Shown here one piece after another: positions 1-9,352 of a DNA stretch of 64,000 nucleotides; the first letter of the stretch is position 1, and the number at the start of each line of letters is the position of its first letter. Where the stretch lies: the NCBI GenBank assembly GCA_963663865.1, contig OY760686.1:1984001-2048000 (forward strand), read 5' to 3'. Below the pieces are notes generated by a model that did not search any database, had not been told where the DNA came from, and saw nothing but the letters and a program-made list of their open reading frames with translations. Origin of the DNA: Spirochaetota bacterium (lineage in GTDB: Bacteria > Spirochaetota > UBA4802 > UBA5550). The position numbers and the translations under genes were made by a program.

Positions 1-491
1 ATTTGGCCTGAAGCAATAACCTCAAAGGCATCAACTACATTATCCTTTCTTTTCGACCTTTTAATAAATAAAGATCGTTTGATAATAAAATCATTTACTA
101 TTTTTTTGTTACAATCATAAAATGCTGGAGATATTGAGCAAATGGAATTTCCATTTTCAAGCTCTTTATATAATCCAATCATTTTATTAATATAATTATT
201 AGGATAAATTGTATCTTGATCGGATAATAAAATATAGTTACACCTGTTATCTAATGCCGCTTTTATACCAATATTTTGAGCTAAAGCTATCCCCATGTTT
301 TTTTTTAGAGAAATAATTTCAATTTTAGCTGGATTAATATTTTTATATTCTTTATAGAATTTTGTGTTGATTTCTTCATGTGGCGTGTTGTCAACTACAA
401 AAATTTTGTTTATTTGAGATTCTAAACTTTCAATGGTTCTAATGATTTGCTTAAAATCGGGTTTATAAGTAACTATGACTGCATTTACCAT
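1..491 (-). CDS. GT2-family glycosyltransferase (rhamnosyltransferase-like), runs off the window edge
   Basis: Not in the ORF track. Manual translation from ATG at 491 gives MVNAVIVTYKPD...FVVDNT...NMGIALAQNIGI...YILLSDQDT, typical GT2 N-terminus with a DxD motif. Confidence 0.85.
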   Translation of the reverse strand, partial: MVNAVIVTYKPDFKQIIRTIESLESQINKIFVVDNTPHEEINTKFYKEYKNINPAKIEIISLKKNMGIALAQNIGIKAALDNRCNYILLSDQDTIYPNNYINKMIGLYKELENGNSICSISPAFYDCNKKIVNDFIIKRSLFIKRSKRKDNVVDAFEVIASGQ

Positions 492-510
492 TATGATGAT
501 TTATTACCTG

Positions 511-1521
511 TTAAATATTTAATAACTTCTGAATAAATAAATAGTTGTATAACATACCCAATGAATAAAAAATTATAATTGATGTTACTATTATTTTTTG
601 TTTAAAAATACGAATCATAGAAGGAAGTAATACTATAAGAACAACACCAATAAACTCAGATATTCTAAAGGCAAGAATCGGAAAAAATGAAAAGGAATAA
701 AATACAAAAATCATAATACTAAGCAATTTAACTTGAATGATGTACTTGGAAATATAATAAATATTAAACACAAGTATAATATTTATGGCAATTAAGCTTA
801 TATAATAAATATTTAACAAATTTATTTCACTCATATCTCCGTACTGTAAAACTTGATAATAAAGCTTCACTTTACCACCAATACCTTCTGGTATTATATT
901 TAAAAATTTTAGAAAAAAATATTCAATAAAGTTTATCTTAGCTAAAAGGATTCCCAAAAATGGCAAGAAAACATAAAATAAACGATTTATTTTTTTTGGA
1001 TTCAAACAATACAAAGGAACCATTACTAATGAAGAATAATGGAATAAAGTTGCGAGCAAAACCTTGAAGAAATAATTTTTATAATTCCTATTTACAATGT
1101 TTGGTAAAGATAATAAAAAAATTCCTGCTGCAACTCCAGCTCGAATTTGCGTCATTTCATGAAGAATGAAATATAATGACATGTATATTATTAAGCTTAA
1201 GTACGGGAATTCAGATATTTTTTTAATAGTATAAAATTTAATAATTACACCTAAAAATGCAAATATAAAAAATACTCCCCTTACTTGATCAAAAAAAATG
1301 TATTTCGAAATTATTGCAATTAAAATAAAAAATGGTTCTTTATCAATTAAACTTAGAGGATTAGAATAATCCAAATTTATAATTATATTATAGTACTGTA
1401 TTGAATCACGATCAAAACCGACATTTCTAAGTCCAGCTATTAAAACAATAAAAATAATAATCAAACAACCAATAATTGTTTCAAACAAAAAAGGTCTATT
1501 TTTAATATTTAGTTTGTTCAT
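511..1521 (-). CDS. EpsG-family putative polysaccharide polymerase (Wzy-like)
   Basis: Multi-TM protein with GLR..GFD..Y, EP.F, QIRAGVA and FHYSS motifs typical of the EpsG family; lies in a polysaccharide locus. Confidence 0.8.
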   Translation of the reverse strand: MNKLNIKNRPFLFETIIGCLIIIFIVLIAGLRNVGFDRDSIQYYNIIINLDYSNPLSLIDKEPFFILIAIISKYIFFDQVRGVFFIFAFLGVIIKFYTIKKISEFPYLSLIIYMSLYFILHEMTQIRAGVAAGIFLLSLPNIVNRNYKNYFFKVLLATLFHYSSLVMVPLYCLNPKKINRLFYVFLPFLGILLAKINFIEYFFLKFLNIIPEGIGGKVKLYYQVLQYGDMSEINLLNIYYISLIAINIILVFNIYYISKYIIQVKLLSIMIFVFYSFSFFPILAFRISEFIGVVLIVLLPSMIRIFKQKIIVTSIIIFYSLGMLYNYLFIQKLLNI

Positions 1522-1606
1522 TCGACTATTATTTATTTAGAAGTACTAATCTTTATGATTTGTTTGTTGATTATTTATAAACATGTATAATTGTTTATAA
1601 ATAAAT

Positions 1607-2686
1607 TTATCTTATCCAATCTAGTATTTTATATAATTCAACATTCTTTATAAGATCTTCAGCTAATATTTTATTTTTAGCGCTTTTATCTGGGGTTAGA
1701 CATACTTCATCATCATATATATCAATTCTTTCATATTGTTGTTCATAAAAATCACCAATATATGGTGATAATACTATAGGCTTTAAACCATAATATAAAT
1801 ACTCAATCATCTTTGTCGGACAGGCAACTTTATTTAGTATATGATCGTCCCTTACAATAAAACCATAGTGAGCTATTGAATAATACTTGAAAAGTTGTTC
1901 TGGTGGAACACTTTCAACTACAATTCTTGATTGTTTTATTTTTTTGTTTTTTATAATATTCTTTACTGTAATTATATCATTACTCAAAACAATAAAAACA
2001 ATTTTTTTGTTGTCATGTCGTTCAACATAATCGACAATTTTTTCAAAGTTCTGCCATTTTTGCAAATTACCAGCATACAGCAATATAACTTGTTCCTCTA
2101 AAATATGCATATCTTTTCTAATCGAACTAATATTAATATTATTTTGTGTTAATAAATTTTGAGGTATTATTGGATAAATTATATTGTTTTTTTTATTTAC
2201 ATTTATATATTTTCTTTCATAGTAATATTTCATTTGTTTATTGACATAAATTAAAGCGTAAGCTGCAGAAAAACACTTTTTTTCGATTATCTTCATCATC
2301 AGACTTTTTATTTTCAGACCCATGAACTCCAGTTCCTCTGGTACAGCTCCATGTATATCAAGTATAATTTTATTTCTTTTTAAATTATGAAAATATAAAC
2401 ATCTCATATTATATATTGAATGAACATATATCGAACTTGTTTTCTTTAATATTTTATTAATAAAAAATAGCGAAAAGAATATATTTGCTTTTATTACAGT
2501 CACATCGTTGTTAATGTTTTGTTGCTTTATTCTAATATTTTTGGTAAATGATAATTCTAAATATATTCTTTTTTTATCGTTTAGTATATTATCAATTTTG
2601 TAGATTCTCTGAAGCATACCATCTTTAATATTTTCTTCTGTTGGAAACGGTGAAAGTATTAACATTGGTGAATCATTATTCTTCAT
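1607..2686 (-). CDS. GT-B fold glycosyltransferase (GT4-like)
   Basis: DIHGAVPEE, LLYAGNLQKWQN and ACPTKMIEYL motifs. Confidence 0.75.
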   Translation of the reverse strand: MKNNDSPMLILSPFPTEENIKDGMLQRIYKIDNILNDKKRIYLELSFTKNIRIKQQNINNDVTVIKANIFFSLFFINKILKKTSSIYVHSIYNMRCLYFHNLKRNKIILDIHGAVPEELEFMGLKIKSLMMKIIEKKCFSAAYALIYVNKQMKYYYERKYINVNKKNNIIYPIIPQNLLTQNNINISSIRKDMHILEEQVILLYAGNLQKWQNFEKIVDYVERHDNKKIVFIVLSNDIITVKNIIKNKKIKQSRIVVESVPPEQLFKYYSIAHYGFIVRDDHILNKVACPTKMIEYLYYGLKPIVLSPYIGDFYEQQYERIDIYDDEVCLTPDKSAKNKILAEDLIKNVELYKILDWIR

Positions 2687-2701
2687 TACAGTGCCTATTC
2701 T

Positions 2702-4087
2702 TTAATTTGTTTTCGATTTTTTATTTGTTAGAATTCTAAAGACAATAACAGCTTGTAACAATAAATGCACAATATATGCAAACAAATTAGCTAATGCTAA
2801 TCCTTTAGCCCCTTTATCAATGTATTTATAAGTTGTAATGAACAAAACAATCGCCCATTGCATGTTTAATGCAGCTCCCCACCACATTTTATTCATACTA
2901 GCAATTGCCTGACCCAAAAGACTTACAGATGAATTTATTAAAGTGGAAATAACAATAATTATTAATACAATTTTTCCCTCAAGAAAATCTTTTCCGTACG
3001 ATTCCATAATAAAGCCTGACAATGGAATAATAGTTAGTGTAATAACAGTCGAAATAATAAAATTTAAAAAAAGATTTATACTAAGAACTTTTTTGAACTT
3101 ATATAGACTTTTTTCTGAGTACAAATTTGATAAAATTGGCAATATCATCGAACCTAGTATTGCGGGAATAAAAAGAATGGCACTTCTCCATTGATTAGCT
3201 GCATTTATCAATGCCATTTCAGAGTATCCATTTGGCATTTTTACCAACATTGAATAGCATATCCAATTTACTGGGGCGACCAAAACTGAACTTAATGTAG
3301 CAGGAATACTAAATTTCCAAATAATTGATATTTGATCGAAACAATGCTTATAATTTTTCTTGATGGAATTTTGATCTAAAACATTTTTTATGGCTAATGA
3401 ATTTAGGGATATATTAACAATAGAGTTAATAATTGTACCAACTACTGCCCCCTCTAGATGGAAAAAAAAGCCACCTATTGTCAAAGCCGGCAATGATACT
3501 AACGCTGAAATAACGTTAATTTGTGCAATTTTTTTAAAACTTTCAAAACCCGATAAAATACCAATTTGAATACCGACAATTGCATTTGCAAACAACAACA
3601 AAGAACTAATTTTTAAAGTATTAGATAATTCTGACGCTGACAAACTACTTGTTGCAATTTCATTAGAAAATATAAATAAAACTAATGAGATTAAAAAGGC
3701 TGATGATATTGCTATAACATCTGATAAAGCTACAATTTTCCCAACTTTAACTTTATCAATATTTCTATATTCGGAGATATATTTTGTTGCTGTCATCCCC
3801 AATCCAAAACCAGCAAAGACTCCAAACATCCCTACAGTACTTTGTATCATACCAAATTGACCGTAAGTTGTCTTACCAAGTAATCTAGCAATAATAATGG
3901 ATGTTAATAAGACAAATCCTTTTGAAACAACTGCTCCTAATAAAGACCAAAATGACCCATGAAAAACACGATATGCTAGTGGACTGCTTCTGATTTTTTT
4001 TTCCCAGATATTTATAGCTGGGGAAGGAATGATTGTTTTTATTTTTCTCTTTATATATTTATTCATTAAAACATAAACTAACAACAT
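2702..4087 (-). CDS. wzx: O-unit flippase Wzx
   Basis: About 12 TM helices with IIARLLG..YG and GLG.TATKYISEY; TAATG overlap with the wecB stop. Confidence 0.85.
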   Translation of the reverse strand: MLLVYVLMNKYIKRKIKTIIPSPAINIWEKKIRSSPLAYRVFHGSFWSLLGAVVSKGFVLLTSIIIARLLGKTTYGQFGMIQSTVGMFGVFAGFGLGMTATKYISEYRNIDKVKVGKIVALSDVIAISSAFLISLVLFIFSNEIATSSLSASELSNTLKISSLLLFANAIVGIQIGILSGFESFKKIAQINVISALVSLPALTIGGFFFHLEGAVVGTIINSIVNISLNSLAIKNVLDQNSIKKNYKHCFDQISIIWKFSIPATLSSVLVAPVNWICYSMLVKMPNGYSEMALINAANQWRSAILFIPAILGSMILPILSNLYSEKSLYKFKKVLSINLFLNFIISTVITLTIIPLSGFIMESYGKDFLEGKIVLIIIVISTLINSSVSLLGQAIASMNKMWWGAALNMQWAIVLFITTYKYIDKGAKGLALANLFAYIVHLLLQAVIVFRILTNKKSKTN

Positions 4088-5208
4088 TAAAATTGCAATT
4101 CACGAAAGATCTTCACAATATTTTTGCTTGTTTCTCCATCACCATAAGGATTTACTGCATTAGCCATTTTTATATATTCATCATTTTCGTTTAACAGCAA
4201 ATTCGCTGTATTAACTATTTTATTCTTGTCTGTTCCAACCAGAATGGCAGTTCCAGCCTCCACCCCCTCCTGTCTCTCAGTAACATCTCGCATGACAAGG
4301 ACGGGCTTACCTAGTGACGGAGCTTCTTCCTGAATTCCACCCGAGTCTGTGAGTACCATATATGATTTGCTCATCAGCCATATCAAGTATGGATAGTCAA
4401 GCGGACTTACAAGATGTACTCTTTCAACATTTTTCAATATTCTGTTTACCGGTTCTCTCACATTAGGGTTTAAGTGAACTGGATAAACAATTTGAACATC
4501 TTTATTTCGCTCAACAATCTCAGTAATTGCATTACAAATATTTTCAAAAGCATCTCCAAAACTTTCTCGCCTATGACCAGTAACTAATATTATTTTTTTA
4601 TTACAATCAAGAAAATCAAAACGTTTAAAATACTCTTCTTCGCCTTGTTTTTTTATCAAACTCAAACCGAGATATAGAGCGTCTATAACAGTATTGCCAA
4701 CATTATAAATGTTTTTGAAAATACCCTCCGATTTTAAATTTTCAACTGCTCGACTGGTTGGTGCAAAGTGGTAGTCTGTTATATGTGCTGTAAGTTTTCT
4801 ATTTCCTTCTTCTGGAAAAGGTGAATATAAATCTCCACTTCTAAGACCTGCTTCAAGATGAGCAATTTTTACTTTTTTATAAAAAGCTGCCAGAGCACCT
4901 GCTAAAACTGTAGTTGTATCACCTTGCACAAAAACCAAGTCAGGTTTACATTCTTCAATAACACTTTCTAAACCTTTTAGTACGTTAGCCGTAACATCAA
5001 AAAGTGACTGACCAGGTTTCATCACGTTTAGATCGTAATCTGGAATTATTTGAAAAAAGGACAAAACCTGATCGAGCATTTCCCGATGCTGGGCTGTTAC
5101 ACAGATAATTATTTCAAAATAATCATTATTTTTTTTAAATTCTTTAACAAGGGGCGCCATTTTAATAGCTTCAGGACGAGTTCCAAATATAAATAGGATT
5201 TTTTTCAT
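4087..5208 (-). CDS. wecB: UDP-N-acetylglucosamine 2-epimerase (non-hydrolysing)
   Basis: GTRPEAIKMAP, VQGDTTT, HLEAGLRS, TDSGGIQEEAP and NPYGDG motifs. Confidence 0.97.
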   Translation of the reverse strand: MKKILFIFGTRPEAIKMAPLVKEFKKNNDYFEIIICVTAQHREMLDQVLSFFQIIPDYDLNVMKPGQSLFDVTANVLKGLESVIEECKPDLVFVQGDTTTVLAGALAAFYKKVKIAHLEAGLRSGDLYSPFPEEGNRKLTAHITDYHFAPTSRAVENLKSEGIFKNIYNVGNTVIDALYLGLSLIKKQGEEEYFKRFDFLDCNKKIILVTGHRRESFGDAFENICNAITEIVERNKDVQIVYPVHLNPNVREPVNRILKNVERVHLVSPLDYPYLIWLMSKSYMVLTDSGGIQEEAPSLGKPVLVMRDVTERQEGVEAGTAILVGTDKNKIVNTANLLLNENDEYIKMANAVNPYGDGETSKNIVKIFRELQF

Positions 5209-5227
5209 TATTTAACCTTAGATAAAT

Positions 5228-5884
5228 TCAAATTTTGTCGAGATTTTCAAAAACATACATTATTTGTTTAGGCTGTCGAAGTATTTTTTTGCCAATAAAT
5301 GGGCGAATTATATTTTTAATTAATATTTGCTTAATATATGTTAAACCGTAATAGGACCATCCATGGCATGAATACACCACGACTTGACTCTTATTAAGCT
5401 TTGGAAAAGAAGTCATTGTATATGTATTGATATGTTCAGAATTATATTGCAGGTTTTCACGATAAGGTACGATGACAATTAGTTGCTTACACTTCTTCAA
5501 TAATGATTCGGCAATAACTTGATCATTAGACAAGTGTTCAAAAACATTTGAAGCTATAATAATATCTACAGAAGGAACATCTGCGCATTCCCCTTGATAG
5601 AATTCTGCAATTTCTCCATATTTTTCCCTGCACATATCTACTGCAGAAGAAGAAATATCCATCCCTTTCAAAGAAGCTAAAGGAAAAGCATTATGATAAC
5701 AAGGAATGCTATCGCCAAGGGCACATCCAAAATCCATAATTGTTCCTGTGAAATCTTTACTAATAGGCAAATATTTTATATATCCAAGTGCAAACGATTT
5801 AGTTTGATAGCGTCCTTTCTTGTTTTCCCAATCACCAGAGCTGAATCTGTTATCCCAGTAATCTTTTGTATTAACATTACTCAT
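5228..5884 (-). CDS. Class I SAM-dependent methyltransferase, probably modifying the polysaccharide
   Basis: YWDNRF, IMDFGCALG (motif I), GMDIS and SNVFEHL. Start moved to ATG 5884, which has a purine-rich RBS. Confidence 0.8.
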   Translation of the reverse strand: MSNVNTKDYWDNRFSSGDWENKKGRYQTKSFALGYIKYLPISKDFTGTIMDFGCALGDSIPCYHNAFPLASLKGMDISSSAVDMCREKYGEIAEFYQGECADVPSVDIIIASNVFEHLSNDQVIAESLLKKCKQLIVIVPYRENLQYNSEHINTYTMTSFPKLNKSQVVVYSCHGWSYYGLTYIKQILIKNIIRPFIGKKILRQPKQIMYVFENLDKI

Positions 5885-6148
5885 CAAATATACCCTCTCC
5901 ATCTTCCATCTTTTCTTGCAACACACATCTCTGTTAGTAATCCAAATTGCCGCGTAGTTTTACAAACATCACATACTTCTTCAATATCAGAAGAGTGAAA
6001 GATCAGCTAATTATTTTTTAAATATCCATACGAAGAATTTAAGAGAATATAAGCTGATTGTGTGACTAAACTTCTTTCTAAAATGCTTCTATAACAATCT
6101 ATTTTTATTCTTTTGAAATATTTTTTATTCAATTACTCTTATTATTCT

Positions 6149-6450
6149 TCACATCCTCACCCCGGTTCTCAAAGCTTCCTTAACGACCAGTCTTGAATCG
6201 GCTTCAGCGTCAGGTGTTACAACCATATCAATCTTCTGGTCGCCTATGGCAAACTGAATTTTTGTAATAGCCTTTACTATACGGGATTCTGCTTCGATAC
6301 CGCTGTATGGCGCTTTCACAAGCAGATCAATGTCGCCGCCGTTTTTTGTGTCATCAACTCGTAAACCGAAAAGATAAAGCTCAACATCGCTACCAAACTG
6401 CGATAAAACAATCTCTTTAGTTTTAGTTTTTGAAAATCAGTCAGGCGCAT
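6149..6450 (-). pseudogene. Frameshifted minimal nucleotidyltransferase (MNT/MntA-like) pseudogene
   Basis: ATG at 6450 reads MRLTDFQK, then a frame change gives KEIVLSQFGSDVELYLFGLRVDDTKNGGDIDLLV...GDQKIDMV...EALRTGVRM*. The span is 302 bp (not a multiple of 3) and the GS motif reads GL. Confidence 0.8.
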
Positions 6451-6623
6451 TTCTTACCTTTAAAGACTCATCCCAACAATATTAGAATGATAAACTCTTA
6501 GATTATTTTTTCTACATCAATATTACCGGCAATTTTTTCAGCAATACGCCCGGCTTCTCTGTTCACTTCTGGAATCATTTATCAACCTCATATAACGAAA
6601 TGACCAAAAGAGTCACACTCCGC

Positions 6624-8138
6624 CTACTTCGCTATCAGCCCAAAAAGTCCGCCCCTCTTCCGGTTCCTTCTTACATTAAGCTCACGCATCTTTTTCGCTG
6701 CTGTACTTATGGATATTATCGATCCTGTGTTTCTCTTCACCTCGGCGCTGACTGACTTGAGGTACATGGAGAGAACCCTTCTCCTTATAAAGCCGGCATT
6801 TGTGAAGTGGCACCAGAAACCGTACTGATACTTTCCCTGTCTGCTTGTAAGGTAAAGCACCTCGCCTTTGAGGTTCACTGTCTTTTTCCCTCCAAGCCTG
6901 AGCTTAAGCTGGAGGCTATCGCCCTCCTGTACAGGCACATTGGTGAAAAACTGTAATCCATCAGGCGAAATTTCCTGCAGACCGCCTTTGATGTGAAGCT
7001 TGCGGTCATTGAGGGTCCTGAATTCGACGGCCACTCCCCGCGGATAGTACCTCACAGTCTGCTCCCACCATCTGATTCTGGGATCAATAATGGCCGCCAA
7101 ACGCTCAGTCCTGTCCTCCATCACTGAGAGCCAGTAGAGAAAATGCACCTGAACAACGAGCACCGTTAAAAGAAGCATTGACCTGCTGTAAAAGCCTCCA
7201 TGCCAGTACAGGGCACCAAAGCTTCCAAACAATATAGCGATCGGGAAAACCGTGGCAAGTATCATAGTGTTCGAATAACCGGCTTCGAGCAGCTTGTGGT
7301 GTATGTGGTTTCTGTCGGCCTCAAATATCGGCCTCTTCATCTGAAGCCTTCTTATTATTACCCTTCCAACGTCAATAAAGGGGAACAGGAATATCATCAC
7401 TGGAACTATAATGGTCCGCGATCCCGCGTCTGAACCGCTTGTCAGCGGAATAATCACAGAGACAATGTAGCCAATCGAATAAGCGCCCGCGTCACCGAGG
7501 AATATCCTTGCGGGAGGCCTGTTGAAAACGAAAAATCCCAGTATGCTTCCCAGCAGTATTAAGGATGATGTCATCAGAAATGGATTGCCGCTCATGGCGC
7601 CGACAACAGCAAAAAACACAAGGCCGATCATTGTGAGCCCGGATGAGAGCCCGTCAAGACCGTCAATCAGGTTTACCGCGTTCATGAACGCGAGTATCCA
7701 TATGACCGTAACTGCGATATCAATTACCTCAGAGACTCCCTGTATGGAACTGATATAGTGGCCCGCGTGTATTCTAAGGCCTGAGGATACTGCAAGTGCT
7801 GCCGCAAGAATCTGAACGGCAAGCTTATAGCGTGCCCTTATGGGCTTAACGTCGTCAACAAGTCCCATGGCGAAGACCGTGAGGAGTCCCGCGGCAAGCA
7901 GAGGCAGTGACACGTTGAAGCTGTAATACCTGCCGAGGGTGAACGTTCCAACCGTGACGAAAGCGGTAATAACGCCCACACCTCCGAGACGGCCTATCTT
8001 GCCGGTGTGTATCTTTCTCTCATCGGGGTTGTCATAGAGAGACATAACCTCACAGAGCCTGATCATCAGATAGACTATCGCTGAAGAGAGAGCGAAAGCT
8101 GAAGTAAAGATTAAAGCATTAGTTAGAATAGTATCCAT
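6624..8138 (-). CDS. wecA: Undecaprenyl-phosphate HexNAc-1-phosphate transferase (WecA/TagO, MraY-like) with C-terminal PilZ-like domain
   Basis: RKIH..RLGG, GLVDD, NAVNLIDGLDGL, IFLGDAGA and ADRNHIHH motifs. The C-terminal extension has RYYPR and EISPDG. Confidence 0.88.
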   Translation of the reverse strand: MDTILTNALIFTSAFALSSAIVYLMIRLCEVMSLYDNPDERKIHTGKIGRLGGVGVITAFVTVGTFTLGRYYSFNVSLPLLAAGLLTVFAMGLVDDVKPIRARYKLAVQILAAALAVSSGLRIHAGHYISSIQGVSEVIDIAVTVIWILAFMNAVNLIDGLDGLSSGLTMIGLVFFAVVGAMSGNPFLMTSSLILLGSILGFFVFNRPPARIFLGDAGAYSIGYIVSVIIPLTSGSDAGSRTIIVPVMIFLFPFIDVGRVIIRRLQMKRPIFEADRNHIHHKLLEAGYSNTMILATVFPIAILFGSFGALYWHGGFYSRSMLLLTVLVVQVHFLYWLSVMEDRTERLAAIIDPRIRWWEQTVRYYPRGVAVEFRTLNDRKLHIKGGLQEISPDGLQFFTNVPVQEGDSLQLKLRLGGKKTVNLKGEVLYLTSRQGKYQYGFWCHFTNAGFIRRRVLSMYLKSVSAEVKRNTGSIISISTAAKKMRELNVRRNRKRGGLFGLIAK

Positions 8139-8139
8139 T

Positions 8140-9333
8140 TCAGAATCTCCTCAATGCGTTACGCTGTTTAGCCGCTTCCATCCACTCCATGAAAAACACA
8201 ATGAAGACTGATATAAACAACCCCGCGAACATCGCCACAACAGCCATCATTGCCCTTTTGGGACTCACCTTCTTGTCCGGCACAATAGCCGGGTCAATCA
8301 CCTCAACATATATCTCCGCCTTCGCTTCATCGAGCTTTGCCTTCTCGTAGAGCTTGACAATGGTCTCGTACACAGCCTGCGATACCTTGACGCCGGCCAT
8401 AAGACCAGTGTACTCAACCATTTTATCAGGAGCGTTCCCGAGAGACGGGAGGGCCCCCGTTTCCTTTCCGCTTCCTTCTATCGAACTAAGGTTTTTATTA
8501 ATCTCCTTTAGCTGTTTTTTCATAGCTAGAAGCCTCGGATTGTCAGGCGACAGAGCCGATTCAAGCCCCTGGACCTGCATTTCAAGCGACATCTTCTGGC
8601 TCATTAGAGCTCCATAAAGCGTCATTGTTCCTTTTGCCTGAACCTCCGGGTCAAGGAGTTTGCTTTTTTTCTGGAAAGCCGCAAGGCTCTTTGTCTCTCC
8701 CCTGAAGCGCTTCTTTTCAGCAATAAGCTGGTTTTCGTAAAACAGCCTGTTTTTCTTTTCGATTGTCAGGGCCTTCTCTTCCAGAAAGTTCTGAAGAACC
8801 TCGGTATACCTGTTTACAACAGCAGCTGCCAACTCCGGGCTTTCCCATTTGAATCCAAGAGTTATCACTTTTGTCTTCTTGTCATACTCTGCCGAAAAGA
8901 GCTCATCGAATTCCTCTATTGTGTACTGTATCCTGTCCCTCTTTTTTGGGATATCGTCCACGATTATCTTATCAAGCTCGAACTCCCTGACAATCTGTTC
9001 CTTGACCGTCCTGCTTTTCGCCAGAACCATTATCTTGTCGGTCTGGTCCTTGGCGCCGCCCATGTCAAGTCCGGCAAGCGCCGCCATACCCGCCAAATCT
9101 CCCAGCCCTCCTCCAGATGATGATGAAACAGGAAGCAGTGTGACCTCTGCCAGATACTTATTGCTTATGAACAGCGATATAACTATCGTTATTACCACTA
9201 CCGAAGCGGTGAAAATTGAGACAAACTTCTTCCTGGACCATATCGTGTTCCAGAGTTCGAGAAGGTCTATCTCGTCATCGCCGCTTACCGACTGCGAATA
9301 TATCTCTGTATTTTTTTTATTCATATTTGCCAT
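8140..9333 (-). CDS. Polysaccharide co-polymerase / chain-length determinant (Wzz/GumC-like, no kinase domain)
   Basis: DEIDLLEL..IW N-terminus, two TM helices, coiled-coil periplasmic region, VIDPA.VP.K..SPKR motif. Confidence 0.88.
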   Translation of the reverse strand: MANMNKKNTEIYSQSVSGDDEIDLLELWNTIWSRKKFVSIFTASVVVITIVISLFISNKYLAEVTLLPVSSSSGGGLGDLAGMAALAGLDMGGAKDQTDKIMVLAKSRTVKEQIVREFELDKIIVDDIPKKRDRIQYTIEEFDELFSAEYDKKTKVITLGFKWESPELAAAVVNRYTEVLQNFLEEKALTIEKKNRLFYENQLIAEKKRFRGETKSLAAFQKKSKLLDPEVQAKGTMTLYGALMSQKMSLEMQVQGLESALSPDNPRLLAMKKQLKEINKNLSSIEGSGKETGALPSLGNAPDKMVEYTGLMAGVKVSQAVYETIVKLYEKAKLDEAKAEIYVEVIDPAIVPDKKVSPKRAMMAVVAMFAGLFISVFIVFFMEWMEAAKQRNALRRF

Positions 9334-9352
9334 TTTCTACCTGATCCCGACC

